A stretch of 64,000 bases of DNA, from the NCBI GenBank assembly GCA_012295275.1, contig CM022674.1:15996001-16060000 (forward strand). The letters run 5' to 3'. Both the position numbers and the translations under genes were made by a program. Below are positions 19,675-33,624 of the stretch, in pieces. How positions within the stretch are numbered: the first letter of the stretch is position 1; the number at the start of each line of letters is the position of its first letter. This DNA comes from Chrysomallon squamiferum. Its lineage: Eukaryota; Animalia; Mollusca. The notes below the pieces were generated by a model that was not told the DNA's origin, did not search any database, and saw only the letters and a list, made by a program, of their open reading frames with translations.

Positions 19675-21350
19675 TAAGAGTTTATTTCGTTTAAAAATAT
19701 ATAATTTAACATAACACTTATAGTAACATAATCATTCTGCTTTTCCTGAAACATGTGCTATTTACTTAGTGGAAAAGGTTAGTATTAAACCATCATGATA
19801 ATCAGTTTGAATTTACTTATCTACGAAGTATTTTATCTGTGTCAGTGGCACGGCCTCTCTGAATCACGTGATCAGCTGATTGTTATTCCGTCAGGAGAGA
19901 GAAATATTTGTTATCAGTATCAGGTCCGTACCCTAGATATACTGTCGTGTATTATATGTCATTTCATCATTAATTGTTACTTTTTTAATGTAATGACATT
20001 CAGGATATATGTTTGATAATAATCACAAACATAATGGCTTGACCAGAACTAAATAAACACCATCTATTAACATATTTTTTTTATTTTATCTTGCGAAATT
20101 ATTATTTTTTTAAAACAGATAAAAGCATTGTACAGCAACAACTACTGCTACTACTATTACTACTAATATTAATAATAATATAAATAATAAGACTACTACC
20201 ACTAATACTAATACTAATACTAATGATATTACAACCATTATTACCAAAAGTATACTACTAATAATAGTAATAGATCTCTTAATTACTTTTATTTTACTTC
20301 ATTTATTTATAATTAACGCTTGTGATAAATTATCGAAACTATTTTCTTTATTACTTTGCTGCTGTCTTTTTGTCTATACATGAATTAATTTTGTGAAACA
20401 CTTATGACTGTCATTATTCAAAACGTGACTAAACAGGGTCAAGTATGTTTCACTCGGTAAATAAAGAGAATCCAAACTGTTAAACTGAACATGTAAAATA
20501 TGAAAATAGGCTTGTCAGTGTGTATACGTGACTAAACATCCACCTCTTTTTATATCCAATGGTTGTCTTACGTGTTTGTTTTGTTCTGCTTTTGTTTTTC
20601 TTTTATCTTAACCAGATCCAGTATCATCCAGTTCTTCGTTCAATTTCAGACTGGATTCATGCAGTGTGTGTGTGTGTATGTATGTGTGTCTTAAAACATC
20701 TTAATTTTATCTCAATAGGTTAATTAATTAATTAAGAATACTAATACTCTGTCTGTGACAGAAAATAAAAGCTTTTTACACATTGTCTCTCTCTCTCTCA
20801 CACACACACGTATATGCAAAAAGAACAGTTTCTTTTCTTTCTTTCCTTAGATGAAAAGGATCTCTGTTACATTCAGAAATAATAGTATTTACTATACAGT
20901 CAATTATTAGATCTGGAAATAAATTTGATTACATTTATATTCTAACGATAGATCGGAAAGTTAGTTTAATACCGACATAAAGTATGACAAAACATTACAA
21001 ATTTAGGTCATGTTTGGGTTGTATTTGTTTAAGGAAAAGCATTTTATTTCTTTATTCAATAAAAATAATCATATTTTCATCAGTTTTGAGTGTGGAGTGT
21101 GTTTTATAGTACTCCTGAATAAATCTGTCATTATAAAACACTTCTAACTTTTTTTATTGCTCACATGTGCAAACAAACAAATTTCAAATTAGTTTATGCG
21201 GTGAATACACACTTGAAAAGCTATACAAATGGGGGGGAGAAAAAAGAAAATAAATAAGAGAGTATGACAAGAAGAAAAAAATGCCTGTCTTCATCGTGAA
21301 ACGAAATCTTACTTTTGTCTCTTTATAGTCGCCATGTTCAAGAATTCTCT

Positions 21351-21411
<61 letters not shown>

Positions 21412-22344
21412 TTTTATTTTATTTTATTTTAATATTTTTCCCCAAATGCTGGGGAATATATAAATAAATAAATATTTAAATAAATAAATATATAAATAAA
21501 TATATATTTATTTTCTTTATATATATATATATGATATATATATATATATATATAAAAAAAAAAAGAAGAAAAAGGAAGAAAGAAAACGTAATGCCTTTGT
21601 CACTAAAACAGAAAGTAACGGCAACGTGTGCTAAATTAAATAAAATTAATGACAAAGCAGTAGATAAATGCGAGTCAGCTACAGATTATCACAATATTAC
21701 ACATAATAATTAATATCGGGAAATCAGTTTAAATATACTGACACAAAATACTAATTTTACACAAACACACACACACACACACACATACATGTGGGTGTTT
21801 CTCAGAGAGGTGTAGTATGCATACGTGACTAAAAGCATACGTTAAACTTCTGTCCTGCTTTTTATTCTGTTGATTATTTATATATCTTTTAAAAAGCCTC
21901 GTATAACCGCCTGTATCTATCAATTTAAAATATTAATGAAAAGTAACGCATTTGTATCAAACACGTAAGGTAATTGCAGCATGTGTTAAATTAAAATAGT
22001 TAGAAAACAGTTGTGTTTCGTCTACTTTTCAAGCTATTAGCAGTGCTGACATAATATTGAATTCCCTATTCGGTAAAACGATTGATAAATATTACCATCC
22101 GGATATGTTGTACATAAACAGATGGGAAATACGACAATGATATAATAATTATGTGTTATACTGGGAAATAAAATTAATTACACGACAGAGAATAATAACA
22201 TTTACTGATTTACATTCATTATACACCATGTGATTATGCCAAATTATGTTATTTCCTATTGCCTTAGTCTTTTTATTTAAAAATAATAATAATAATAATA
22301 ATAATAATGGAAAAGTATTCTTTATTTTATATTATTATTATTAA

Positions 22345-22405
<61 letters not shown>

Positions 22406-22485
22406 TTCTTAATTTAGTTCGTTATTCAAGATTAAACTGATCTTCAACAAACATGCCTCTGTTTGTTAAAACGATATGTATGATG

Positions 22486-22603
<118 letters not shown>

Positions 22604-22851
22604 TTCTTCTATGCTGTTTACTATTTTCTATTGTACAAACATTTGAAAATATACTATAACGTTATGAATGTACAAAGGTGACATTAAAACAGCAGCTAAA
22701 CATGACTACACGGACTGTATCGGTTAAGAGGCGGCTTCTCTCTTAACGACAAATTCGCATAAGGACCAATATCAGACTGACATTGCAGACTAATAGACGA
22801 GCATTTTTTTGCAGGTGTTAAATTGTTCATTTCTTAAGACAAAGGTAAGAG

Positions 22852-22889
<38 letters not shown>

Positions 22890-23681
22890 GATGTTGTTGT
22901 TCTAAGATATTTTAAAACAAAACTCAGTAATTTAGTTTATGTTCTTAATAGAATTTTTGTTCATAATTTGTTTGAGTTATTTTCATTGGTTTGAGTCTAG
23001 CGTGTGGCTCCGTGGTCAGAGAAAGTAGTGCGTGGTAATTAGAGCGCTTACTTTAAATCAGAAGTCTAGGTGTCAGAGAGGGACACAGGGTGTGCAGGGT
23101 AAACACGGTATAATTCTTCAAAATTTATCTCCTTGTACGTAATATTCATATCATGTAATCTCAATGCATGACTTTGGTAACAACTGAGATAGCACATACT
23201 TTTATTAAGTTTATGTAATTGCGCTTTACACAGGTTGTTAAAAATGAATATTTTGAAGTTACATAAAATATTAAATATTATTACAACAGCAGCTGCTAAT
23301 ATGTTTAAGCTACTACGTCTACGGTTTGAGCTAGGTATTACAACTACTACTAGATCGGTTGTTACTACAGCTACATCGCTTTTGAATGTGTCATTTTGGT
23401 TTGGTTTTGTATTTAAAAGAAAAACAAAGTATATGGATAAAGAATTATTTGTTTATACTATGGCTATGTTGAAGAATATATGAAGTTGCAAAATGTAAAG
23501 GAAACAGTTTGAATATTGAAACAAAGTGGTAGAAACATTAATTATGTAATTTTTGTCGGGAGGTTTCATTATTTAGATCTGAGATACTTCTGACTTTTCA
23601 ATGAACAAATCCTGGAGCACAGTGACATACATACATACATATATACATACCATATTCACACATACATACACGTGTAAATAC

Positions 23682-23683
<2 letters not shown>

Positions 23684-23712
<29 letters not shown>

Positions 23713-23772
23713 CATACATACATACATACATACATACATACATACATACATACATACATACATACATACATA
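23684..23772. repeat. (ACAT)n tetranucleotide microsatellite
   Basis: Perfect tacat/acat run. Confidence 0.95.
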
Positions 23773-24769
23773 CCACGTTCACACGTACATACATATATAT
23801 CTCAATACACTCATACATATGTGGGATTAGACCATATGTACATATGTTTATATATGCACTAAAATATTTCTGGTTCTGCCTCTACTAATTTATTAAGCAG
23901 ACGACACATACAGAAATGGAATATTCAACCCTAAATACATACTTGCCGTTGCCAGGTTTCCAGGAAAGCATAGAGGCACACAGAACTTACAAAAGGAAAA
24001 AATAAAAAATAAAAAAATAAAAAACGGCGTGCTTTGTGGGAAGCGGTGATTACCCTCAGTTACTGGGCAACCTTTTCAAGGTCGAACGGAGACGCTGTCA
24101 GTGGCATCTGACGGGGTTTGTGAGAACGTGACTTGGCATTGTCTGCCTGTGGTACTGCCGAACTATTATTAATAGTGTAATCAAATGTACGTGAAAAAAT
24201 ACTCAATCCTAAATTACACACAGAGAGACAGTCACACAGACAACAACACACACAATTGCGAGGCTACATATAAAAGTTTATTCGTGAGCTCTGAGTAGAT
24301 AGATCTCCGCCTTCCATCTGAGTTTGTTATTAGTTTTTTCTCTAAACCAACTTTTCATAAGTATGAAGTGCAAGAGCAATATAACATATCGGTGTATATT
24401 ACATACTGTTTATTCTGTTTCACCAGTTTATTAACATAGACAATGGTCATAGAGTGTAATTCCTATTAGTAAATTAATAATAGTAATAATAATAACAATA
24501 CTCCTGTTATTTAATGATCACCACTCACAGTAAATGTCGAGTAACAAACACTTCGTGTTTCACAGTCTTCGTTTAGCAGACAACAAAAGTGTTTACTGAT
24601 ACAGAGGGAGATAATTCCTTTACCACTTGCATAGAGAGAAAGCTTGAGTTATTTCGCCTTAGTTTTTCGATGCTATTCTTAATTAATTGTAGATTTTGGA
24701 GAACTAAGCTTTTGAGAGAATATCGTGGAAGTAGAAGAAAAAATACAAAAACAACAACAACTATTATAT

Positions 24770-26060
24770 TAACTTCGGAGTTTCAAATCAAACATGGATA
24801 TCGACCTTTTTCTAATAAACAGGAATCGTGTTCATACATAAATCGTAAGATTACTAAACGCTTAAAACGTGACAGAGGATATAGACAAGTGGATCTGTTA
24901 TTTCACTGTGTGTCCATATTTTATGTTGAGAGTCTTGGAATCTTCGTAAGAAATAAGAAACATATCAATAGGAGATTGAGATAAACGGCAATGAATTTTG
25001 AAATTTCACAGTTCGCCAACGACACAACATAGTATTAGGTTGGTGTGATAAAATTCTGTGAGCATCTGTGGAAACATAAAAATATTTTATCGATATATCT
25101 GGTCTTAAAGTTAATACATAACAAACAAATATAATAAACTTAGGGAAAGACCAAATTAATCACGAAAAAAAATCTGATCAAAACAAAAATTGAAATGGAC
25201 TACAAAATTCACAATACTTGGGTTTTCCACGGATCTGTATCAAATACAAGAATTAAACTTTAATGCAAAGTTGAAAGAGGTTAAAAGGCTGCTTGAACAA
25301 TGGTCAACATTTTCTTTGTCACCTCTAGGAAAAATTACTGCAATCAAAAGTTCAGTTATATCGAAAAAAAAAAAATTTCTTCATTGCCAAATCCAACAAA
25401 CTATTTCTTTAAAATATTATAAACCCATTTCTTTCAGTTTATTTGAAATAAAAAAACACGATAAAATAGCTAGAAAAAAAACAAACACCCGCTGCCCCAT
25501 TATTTGACTATTATCAAAATGGTTGTTTAAGAGCAATAATTGTTAAATTACTTTTTAATGTGTTAAAGATATCGTGGATTAAAGACATAAATTTTAGTCA
25601 AGACATTGCCTCTCTTTTGAGTAACTGTTTATAATCAAAAACTTCACTGACATTAGTTTTAGAGTCAGCCTACAGTGAAGCAAAATTGTTGAAACGCACA
25701 AATTCCTTTTGGAAAAATGTTTTACACATATGGTCAAACTTTCTAGAGATATGTGAAAGCAGAAGGGACAAGATAAAAATACTACGTCAACAGATATAAT
25801 ATAATGTTCGCATTAAAACTGATAATAAATCAGCTTATTATAAGACAGTGGCAAAGAAAGGAATTTTGTTTTTAAAAGCTCTTTTTGCTAACGACAACTG
25901 GATTTAATGCATTCCATTTTGTAGAAAAGAAAACATAACTTAAGACCATAATTTTATATTTATAGTGTCTTCATACTAGCTATTAATAAAAAAAAAAGAA
26001 AAAAAAGAGAAAAGCATAAATTTGGTATAGAGTTCTGTGAGAAATGGTGGGAAGCTAACA
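24770..26060 (+). mobile_element. Decayed L1/Tx1-clade LINE ORF2 fragment (RT C-terminal part)
   Basis: Translations include FQIKHGYR..GYRQVDLL (the GCRQGDPLS motif), EISQFANDTT (FADD), SGLKVN, LKEVKRLLEQWSTFSLSPLGKITAIKS and FWKNVL. Many frameshifts. Confidence 0.8.
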
Positions 26061-26323
26061 ACAAACACCGAGCTTAGATACTTTCAGTACAAGAATTTAT
26101 GATTTGTCTTAATAAACAACATTTGGTATTATATCGTATAAAAAGATTCAGTTAAATGTGAATTTAGTAATATGTTTAGTGAACATGTAATACGCATGTT
26201 CTCGTTATGATCTATTTTTCTTATTTGTTTTCTTATGTTTCTTACAATAAAATATACTTTTATTTATGTGATCAAATATTTTTTATGCCTAAAACATGTT
26301 AATTCTTCTTCTTCTTCTTCTTC

Positions 26324-26402
<79 letters not shown>

Positions 26403-27039
26403 CATCATCGTCATTATTATTATTGTGGTTTTTACTAATGTTCTGGAGACTTCTGTATTTTAACACATTAATTTACAATTACTTTTTTATTAGTTTGTTT
26501 TAGCTGTACTATATATAATACTGTATCATTTGTAGTCAAATAAAAGAAAAGAAAAATAGAAAGCAAATTAAATAAATAAATAAAAATACCAACATATAAA
26601 TTAAAAAGTGAAACAAGTAAATAAATAAACAAACAATATTACCACAATGATGAGTATAAGTGTTAGTATTTGAACAAAGCTATTTTTGTTATACTAAATA
26701 TAATAAAGGTAGTATTTGTCACACCTGTGTTTAGATCACTTTGACTCATAACACATACAAATAAATGAGTGTCCCACATATTGTGATTCACCATTACATT
26801 GCATTTTTCACGATCATAGTATATCGTTTCTTGTCGCCTGACACGCTATTTTGATCTGACCTACATAACAGACACTTGTTAACGATAACTTTTTTATCAA
26901 TATATTGACTGAGAAATAAAGCTAAATATTTTACAGAAAAAATTAGTAATGACAAATTTTTTTTTTTTTTTTTTTTTTTTTTATGACAGGTTTGCACAAA
27001 GTGTATGTATCTACCACCACACGTGGCGTGACTTCTGCG

Positions 27040-27382
27040 ATATCTGATTTCAATCACGTGCTTATCAGCAGACGACTTAGTAAACGGCGACACACAGAAA
27101 ATATTTCAGTGACCTTGTGAAACAGAAAGGCGTCAGTTCTAGGAAAACCACTCACAAACAGAACACGCATTATACAGAAGTAGTCGGCCATTTTGAAATT
27201 TGAAGGTATTTTGTATTTTATTGTCATTTAATATATGCTGTACCATTGCTTTGCTTAAAACAAATCAGGCATATAGAAATTGTTATCTATTTTGTGAAGG
27301 GTATACATTTTTTGTGTGAATTTTGTTAAAGGCTTTTTTTCGTACCTAGCATACAAATTTATAAGAAATATCGATAAAATGT

Positions 27383-27414
<32 letters not shown>

Positions 27415-27560
27415 TCAATCGTCATTATAATAATTATTATTATTCCATTAATAATAGTAGTAGTAGTAATAATAGTATCACCTAAATATAGTTCAATGAT
27501 TCATTTATTACTTATGCTATATATTTATCGATCGATTACTTTATATAACTTTATTTCATT

Positions 27561-27591
<31 letters not shown>

Positions 27592-27737
27592 TAGATTTAT
27601 CTATACATCCCAGATCTCAGTGATCAGTAGCAGAGTTGTTAAACGGAAATTACTCGTTTCTAAGAAATTATCGATCAGGAAGTTTTTCAGGTAGGTATCT
27701 ACTTTAAAACTACAAAGTATTTTATATTGTTCTTATT

Positions 27738-27794
<57 letters not shown>

Positions 27795-28164
27795 GATATA
27801 TTTCTTATTTATTTCTTTGAATGTGTTTCGTTCAGTCTTTCTTTCTTCCTTTCTTCATTCGTTCCTTCCTTGTTTATCTAACATTCATTTTGGTCTATCA
27901 CCGATGCTAACCAATATATAAAATGTTTTCATCTACAATGGAAAATAAAAAAAAAGAAGAAAAAAAAAGAAAGAAAACAAAGAAGAAAAGAAAAAAAGAA
28001 TAAACATTATTGCTGCTATGGATATACATGTAAAACACAGCGTTATAGCGTGAGGCTTTTTAAACATGAAAAAATATATGCTAGACCCGACTATAAAATG
28101 TTTCTTACCATCTGGTGTACGGAAGTAGAAGATGTGATAATATTATCTCATATAATTTTTATTA

Positions 28165-28239
<75 letters not shown>

Positions 28240-29713
28240 TACGAGTTTGTTGGTTGTATTTATCGTCTTTATTGAAATTGTTTATCTTCTCACAGTGCTG
28301 ACAAATGTAAATAATTTCTTATTCTCATGGGTTATTTCTACACTTATGGGCACATAGTATATTAACAATGGATTTGTCAGATCGCTGTAAATAACACCCG
28401 AGTATACCATTCTGTGCTCGTGTAGCAGTGACACGATACTTTTATATGACCTACATAACAAGAAAACAGTCAGTGTTAGATTACATTCACATACTGGTCA
28501 TGCAAGCTTCGTCAGAGAAATAAAACATGTACATATTTCTTATTATTGTTGCTGTTGATGTTGTTGCTGCTGCTGCTATTGTTATTGTTATTATTATTAT
28601 TATTATTTACCTTTATAACTGACGTATAAACAATGCAGTCTAGTAGTACTTAATCTACTGAATTAGAATTAAAGTTATCTGTTGTAAAGATGAATGAAAG
28701 ATGAGTATACAAATATCTCGTAAAACGATTTGTTTAGTTTAATCTGAGACTGAAACCTAACAAAATGACACTTTGTGACGTATAAGATATTTGACGTCAG
28801 TTGCGTGTTTATCAGTGGAGTGTTTGATAACTAAAAGTTTACAAAGCAGAATTGAAACTAGTCAGCCATATTGAAAGTGTATGATATTTTATATTTTATT
28901 ATGTTTGAACGATTCCGGTGTTCTTAATTTATTACTAAATATATCAGACTTAGTTCTTTAACAAATAGATTATTTAAGTGTGAGTTTTCTTTAAACTTAA
29001 ATGAAAGATTACGTATAACATGACTTTACTAAAGTCCTTAGTATGATATTACTACTACTACTTCTACTACTGTTGCCCTTATTATTATTATTATTATATT
29101 TTTTTATTGACGTCTTTTGCTATATATTTTATTTTATTTACGTCATTTTTTCTTAGATCGGTTATATCTGTGATCTACAGTTGAGTTGATAGAGAGAAAA
29201 TAGTCGCTTATAAGAAATTGTCGATCAGGAAGTTGAAATTAAAGGTATTTTGTATTGTTTTCTATTTAAAAAAACATCACATCTTGTTCCTTTATTTTTC
29301 TTATTATTCTCTTTTCTTATATAGTGTTTCTTCTTAGATTTGTTATTGACGGCTAATTATGTTGTTTTTTCGAGAAGTAAAATGGTGTATAAATCATTAT
29401 ATTTACATTGCGATTTGAAAATCGTTTGTGCCGCAGTGAAATATTCCTTACCTGACTGTGACCAGACATGTCTGTGTATAATAATAATAATTATAATAAC
29501 AATTATTGTTGTTGTCGTCATCATCATAATCATTAATGTAAGCATAATGTACTTCTTTCTATCTTTTATCGATTCGGTATATATTTATCTGATTTTTTTT
29601 CTTTCTTTTTTTCATTATTTTTTATTTATTTGTTTATTTTTAGATCTCTGATCGCAGTATTGAACAGTACATGCTTTAAACAGAAAGTAGTCCCTTGTTA
29701 GAAATTATCTCAG
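27040..29713 (+). other. Predicted 5'-UTR non-coding exons of gene B (~27060-27205, 27595-27690, ~28814-28880, 29157-29244, 29644-29713)
   Basis: GC-richer blocks bounded by pyrimidine-rich AG acceptors and GT donors (AAG|gtattt, CAG|gtaggt, CAG|gttaat). Counterparts exist in A (10734-10650, 10279-10226) and C. No transcript evidence is available. Confidence 0.5.
28745..28816 (+). promoter_or_regulatory. Putative proximal core promoter of gene B (TATA-like, CRE, Inr)
   Basis: TATAAGA at 28781, perfect CRE TGACGTCA at 28792-28799 and Inr-like TCAGT at 28812, about 33 nt after the TATA. Conserved in reverse in unit A at 11123-11160. Confidence 0.45.
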
Positions 29714-29874
29714 GTTAATTATTTCTTTACATAAAAATGTTTGTTTGAAAGATTTCCGTGTACAGGTCATAGCTAGATATAAATATAGAAACCTGGTCAC
29801 TGCAGTGCGAGGCGCTGCAACAGAACTCTGACCTGTACACAGAAACATGTTAAAATTATATTTAGTATCAGGTT

Positions 29875-29970
<96 letters not shown>

Positions 29971-30051
29971 TACATTTTTTCATTGTTGTCAGCCGTAAGA
30001 ATTGTTACAGTTCTGTATCCGAACAATTTCTTTTTCTCTTTCTCTTCATTC

Positions 30052-30091
<40 letters not shown>

Positions 30092-30290
30092 GTTATTGTT
30101 ATGATTATTATTAGTATTATTATTATTACTATTATTATATCATCATCATCATCATCATCATCATCAACATCATCATCATCATCATTATTATTATTAATAT
30201 TATTATTAAATGTTTTTATTATTGTTATTAGCCCTAAGAATTGTTACACTTCAGTGTCCGAAAAATTTCTTTTTCTTTCTCTCCATTCCA

Positions 30291-30351
<61 letters not shown>

Positions 30352-30367
30352 TGTTTACAGTGAAAAC

Positions 30368-30630
30368 ATGGCCACCGCAGCAGAAGTTTCAAGTTGGCAG
30401 ACAGGGAAAAAACTGATGGAATGTATTGAACACGTTTTTCGTACGAGAACAGACAGCGACGTCAGATTCGTTGTTGGTGAAGAAAAAAAAACTGTGGATG
30501 CACATCGCTTCATCCTTATGATACGAAGTACAGTCTTCCACAGGATGCTGATGGGAGAACTTCGCGAACAAAACACCATCCTGTTGCCTGATGTGCAGGC
30601 AGATATTTTTACACAGTTTTTAAAGTATGT

Positions 30631-30692
<62 letters not shown>

Positions 30693-31935
30693 ACACAAAA
30701 ACACACAGACACACACAGCGACACAGGTACGAACATAGTGTTTAACGAAACATACATACCGACACGAACGTTGATAACAATACAGTTTTTGTTAGTAATC
30801 TAATTATTTTCTAATTAATTAATCTCCCATAATTATCTCTCGTTTTGAAGTCTTACTATACATTCTTTTACACAGATATCTTTATACGGATGACGTCGTC
30901 CTAACAGGCCACAACGTCACTGGTCTGCTGTATCTATCGAGGAAGTACATCGTCACGACACTGGAAGATCAGTGCGTGCACTATTTGGAGTCGTCGTTGT
31001 CGTCACTGAATGCGTGCGTCGTGCTGGAACAAGCTCAACTGTTTGATGAACATTGTCTAAGAAAAAAAACTCTGGACTTCATTTTGGAAAATGGCGACGA
31101 AGTTCTGAAGTCGGATGAAGTCACCGATCTTTGTCATGAATGTCTGGTTGAGATCGTACGATCAGACGAACTGACAGCAGACGAGAAAAATGTTTTTGAA
31201 GCCGCTGTGAAGTGGGCTGACAGCGCGTGTAAGAAGCAAGGAAGACAGAGAAATGGACAGAACATGCGCGAGGCACTGGGAGAGGCCGTGAAGCACGTGC
31301 GTTATCCATTACTCGATCAGACGTATTTTGTAGAACACGTGACACCCACTAACATACTCAGTGACACAGAAGGATTCAAGATTTTTAAAAACTTGGTGAA
31401 GAGTGATGAAGATGTTTCACCTTTTAACTCAAACAAGAGAACTGGAGTGATTCGTAAAACACAGATTACAATAAACAGATTTGGTAAAACATATCCTTCT
31501 GGTTACTGGTCATGTTCTGGTAAATATGATGAATCCATTACTTTCTCTGTCAACAAAAACGCTTTACTTCGCGGATTTCAGTTGTACGGTCACCGTCAAC
31601 CACGAAACTACGACGTCGGCGCCTTCGTCACTGACACGAGAACAGACGAGATCCTGGACGGGTCTACGCTGACACAGAGATATGAGCACGTGTCTGACGT
31701 GTATGACGTCGTCTTCAGACGTCCAGTGAAGATTACTAAAGACACTGAGTACAGCTTGTTTGTTAATGTTAATGGAGGAGACTCATTGTATGGATTTGAA
31801 GGTAAATCAGAAATTGTTGTAGACTCTTTTGTTTGTAGATTTTCTGAGTCACACAAATCTAAACACAGTCACAGATACCTTGATGTTACATGTGTGGACA
31901 GTGGACAAATACCTGCTTTGTTATTTTTAGTGTAA
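30368..31935 (+). CDS. BTB/POZ-BACK-PHR domain protein, BTBD1/2/3/6-like (copy B); join(30368..30624, 30876..31935), 438 aa
   Basis: Same structure as copy A: AA|gtatgt donor at 30625, ttacacag| acceptor at 30875, open frame throughout, BTB, BACK and PHR motifs, C-terminal GQIPALLFLV*. Confidence 0.93.
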
Positions 31936-32692
31936 AAAACAACATCGTTCAAACACTGTCACTTTCAGTCATCACTGGCCTAATATTTTTATTTTTATTT
32001 ATTTGTTCATTTATTGATTTATTGATTTGGTTACGTTTTTCTTATGACGTCAGACAGCGGTGATGACGTCATAGACACTTGATTTGATTTCAAATTTTCT
32101 ACTGGATTGTTTTGTGTCAAACAGATACTTGAAAAATGTATATTAACATCTCAGTGCTTTATCATTTATTTATTTATTTATTGTTTAAGTATATCTAACT
32201 TTTTTAGATTGTATATAAAACTTAATATTTTTTACTATTGCTTGCTTCATTTGTACTTTTTTTTATTTCGGTTTAAAATGTGTATAAAATAAAATGTAGA
32301 TAAATTATATATGTACTTACTGACTGTTGGACATGAAACACAAGAACTGTTATTTGATTTATTTATGGATTGTCTTTTATTTAGATTTATATTAAACATG
32401 TAAGTAAATTAGATTATGTTTCGAATTTACTGTTTGTTTGCTTATGTATAAGATATATATCAAGAAAATGCAAATAAATTTGTTTTTGTATCATGAATTC
32501 TTACATCGTTTATTTTTGTATTTAATTTGTGTTTAGAATGTAAACAGAAAAATTATATAGACATAAAAATCAAGTTTTATTTTTTAGTTTCTGTAATATT
32601 TTTCTTTTCTGCATAAAGCGTGTAATACATAAAGATGTTGTGAGACAGAATTCCAGAGCAGATCCTATATCTGTACTTGATGAGTGTAGTCT

Positions 32693-32893
<201 letters not shown>

Positions 32894-33146
32894 CTGCAAA
32901 ATATAAAATATACTGTATAAAAGAGTTATGAAGATAGGGAGAAATGTCCAGGCTAACTCTAATATATTCTTAACAAGACTTTGAAAAATCCGGAGCTCTC
33001 TACTTCGGATATCTTGTGTAAATTCCAGAATAAAGTACATTTCATAAAGGTCATTTCATAAACCATGACAACAATTAATTTGTGTAAGCCGGCACTGTGT
33101 CTAAAACGGCACCTATGACTGGTCCCAAATGAATCAGGGTCCACTG

Positions 33147-33177
<31 letters not shown>

Positions 33178-33431
33178 CCCCCCCCCCCCCCCACACACAC
33201 ACACTCACACATATCAATACGCATTGTCTGTCTAGCACATAAATACATGTATTTATACTTTCTTAAACATATACATACGCTCACACACATATCTAAATGT
33301 CTTTCATAAACACACACACTCATACATGCACATACACACACACATACACACATTATATATCAATCTGTCTATCTTTGTATCTATGTATGTATGTTTGTAT
33401 GTGATCTAGTATGTATATATATATGTGTATC

Positions 33432-33465
<34 letters not shown>

Positions 33466-33624
33466 TGTGTGGATGTGTGTCTGCGTATGTGTGTGTGTAC
33501 GGAGAGAGAGAGAAGAGAGATATAGATACACACACATCTAATCACACATATCTCTTTCTTAAGCATACATACATACGTAGTTCATACGTACATACATAAA
33601 AGCATGCTTACAAAAACACCCATA

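Noticed and set aside
22993-23110. tRNA gene or tRNA-derived SINE
   Set aside because: Only an A-box-like tggctccgtgg is present. No B box or cloverleaf could be built.
23940-24330. GC-richer block as a possible exon or promoter
   Set aside because: No recognisable protein motif, consistent splice pair or repeat termini, so it is left uncalled.
30002-30367. Long hydrophobic N-terminal extensions on the BTB ORFs (also 9947-10129 and 61878-62030) and their HTHT tails
   Set aside because: Read-through into intronic (TTA)n and (CA)n tracts. Conserved splice sites define the real exon.
31483-31902. DGR-like or somatic templated diversification as the cause of the variable loops
   Set aside because: No template repeat or donor cassette for the loops was found in the window, changes are not adenine-specific, and the nearby RT fragments are dead LINE and Gypsy remnants.
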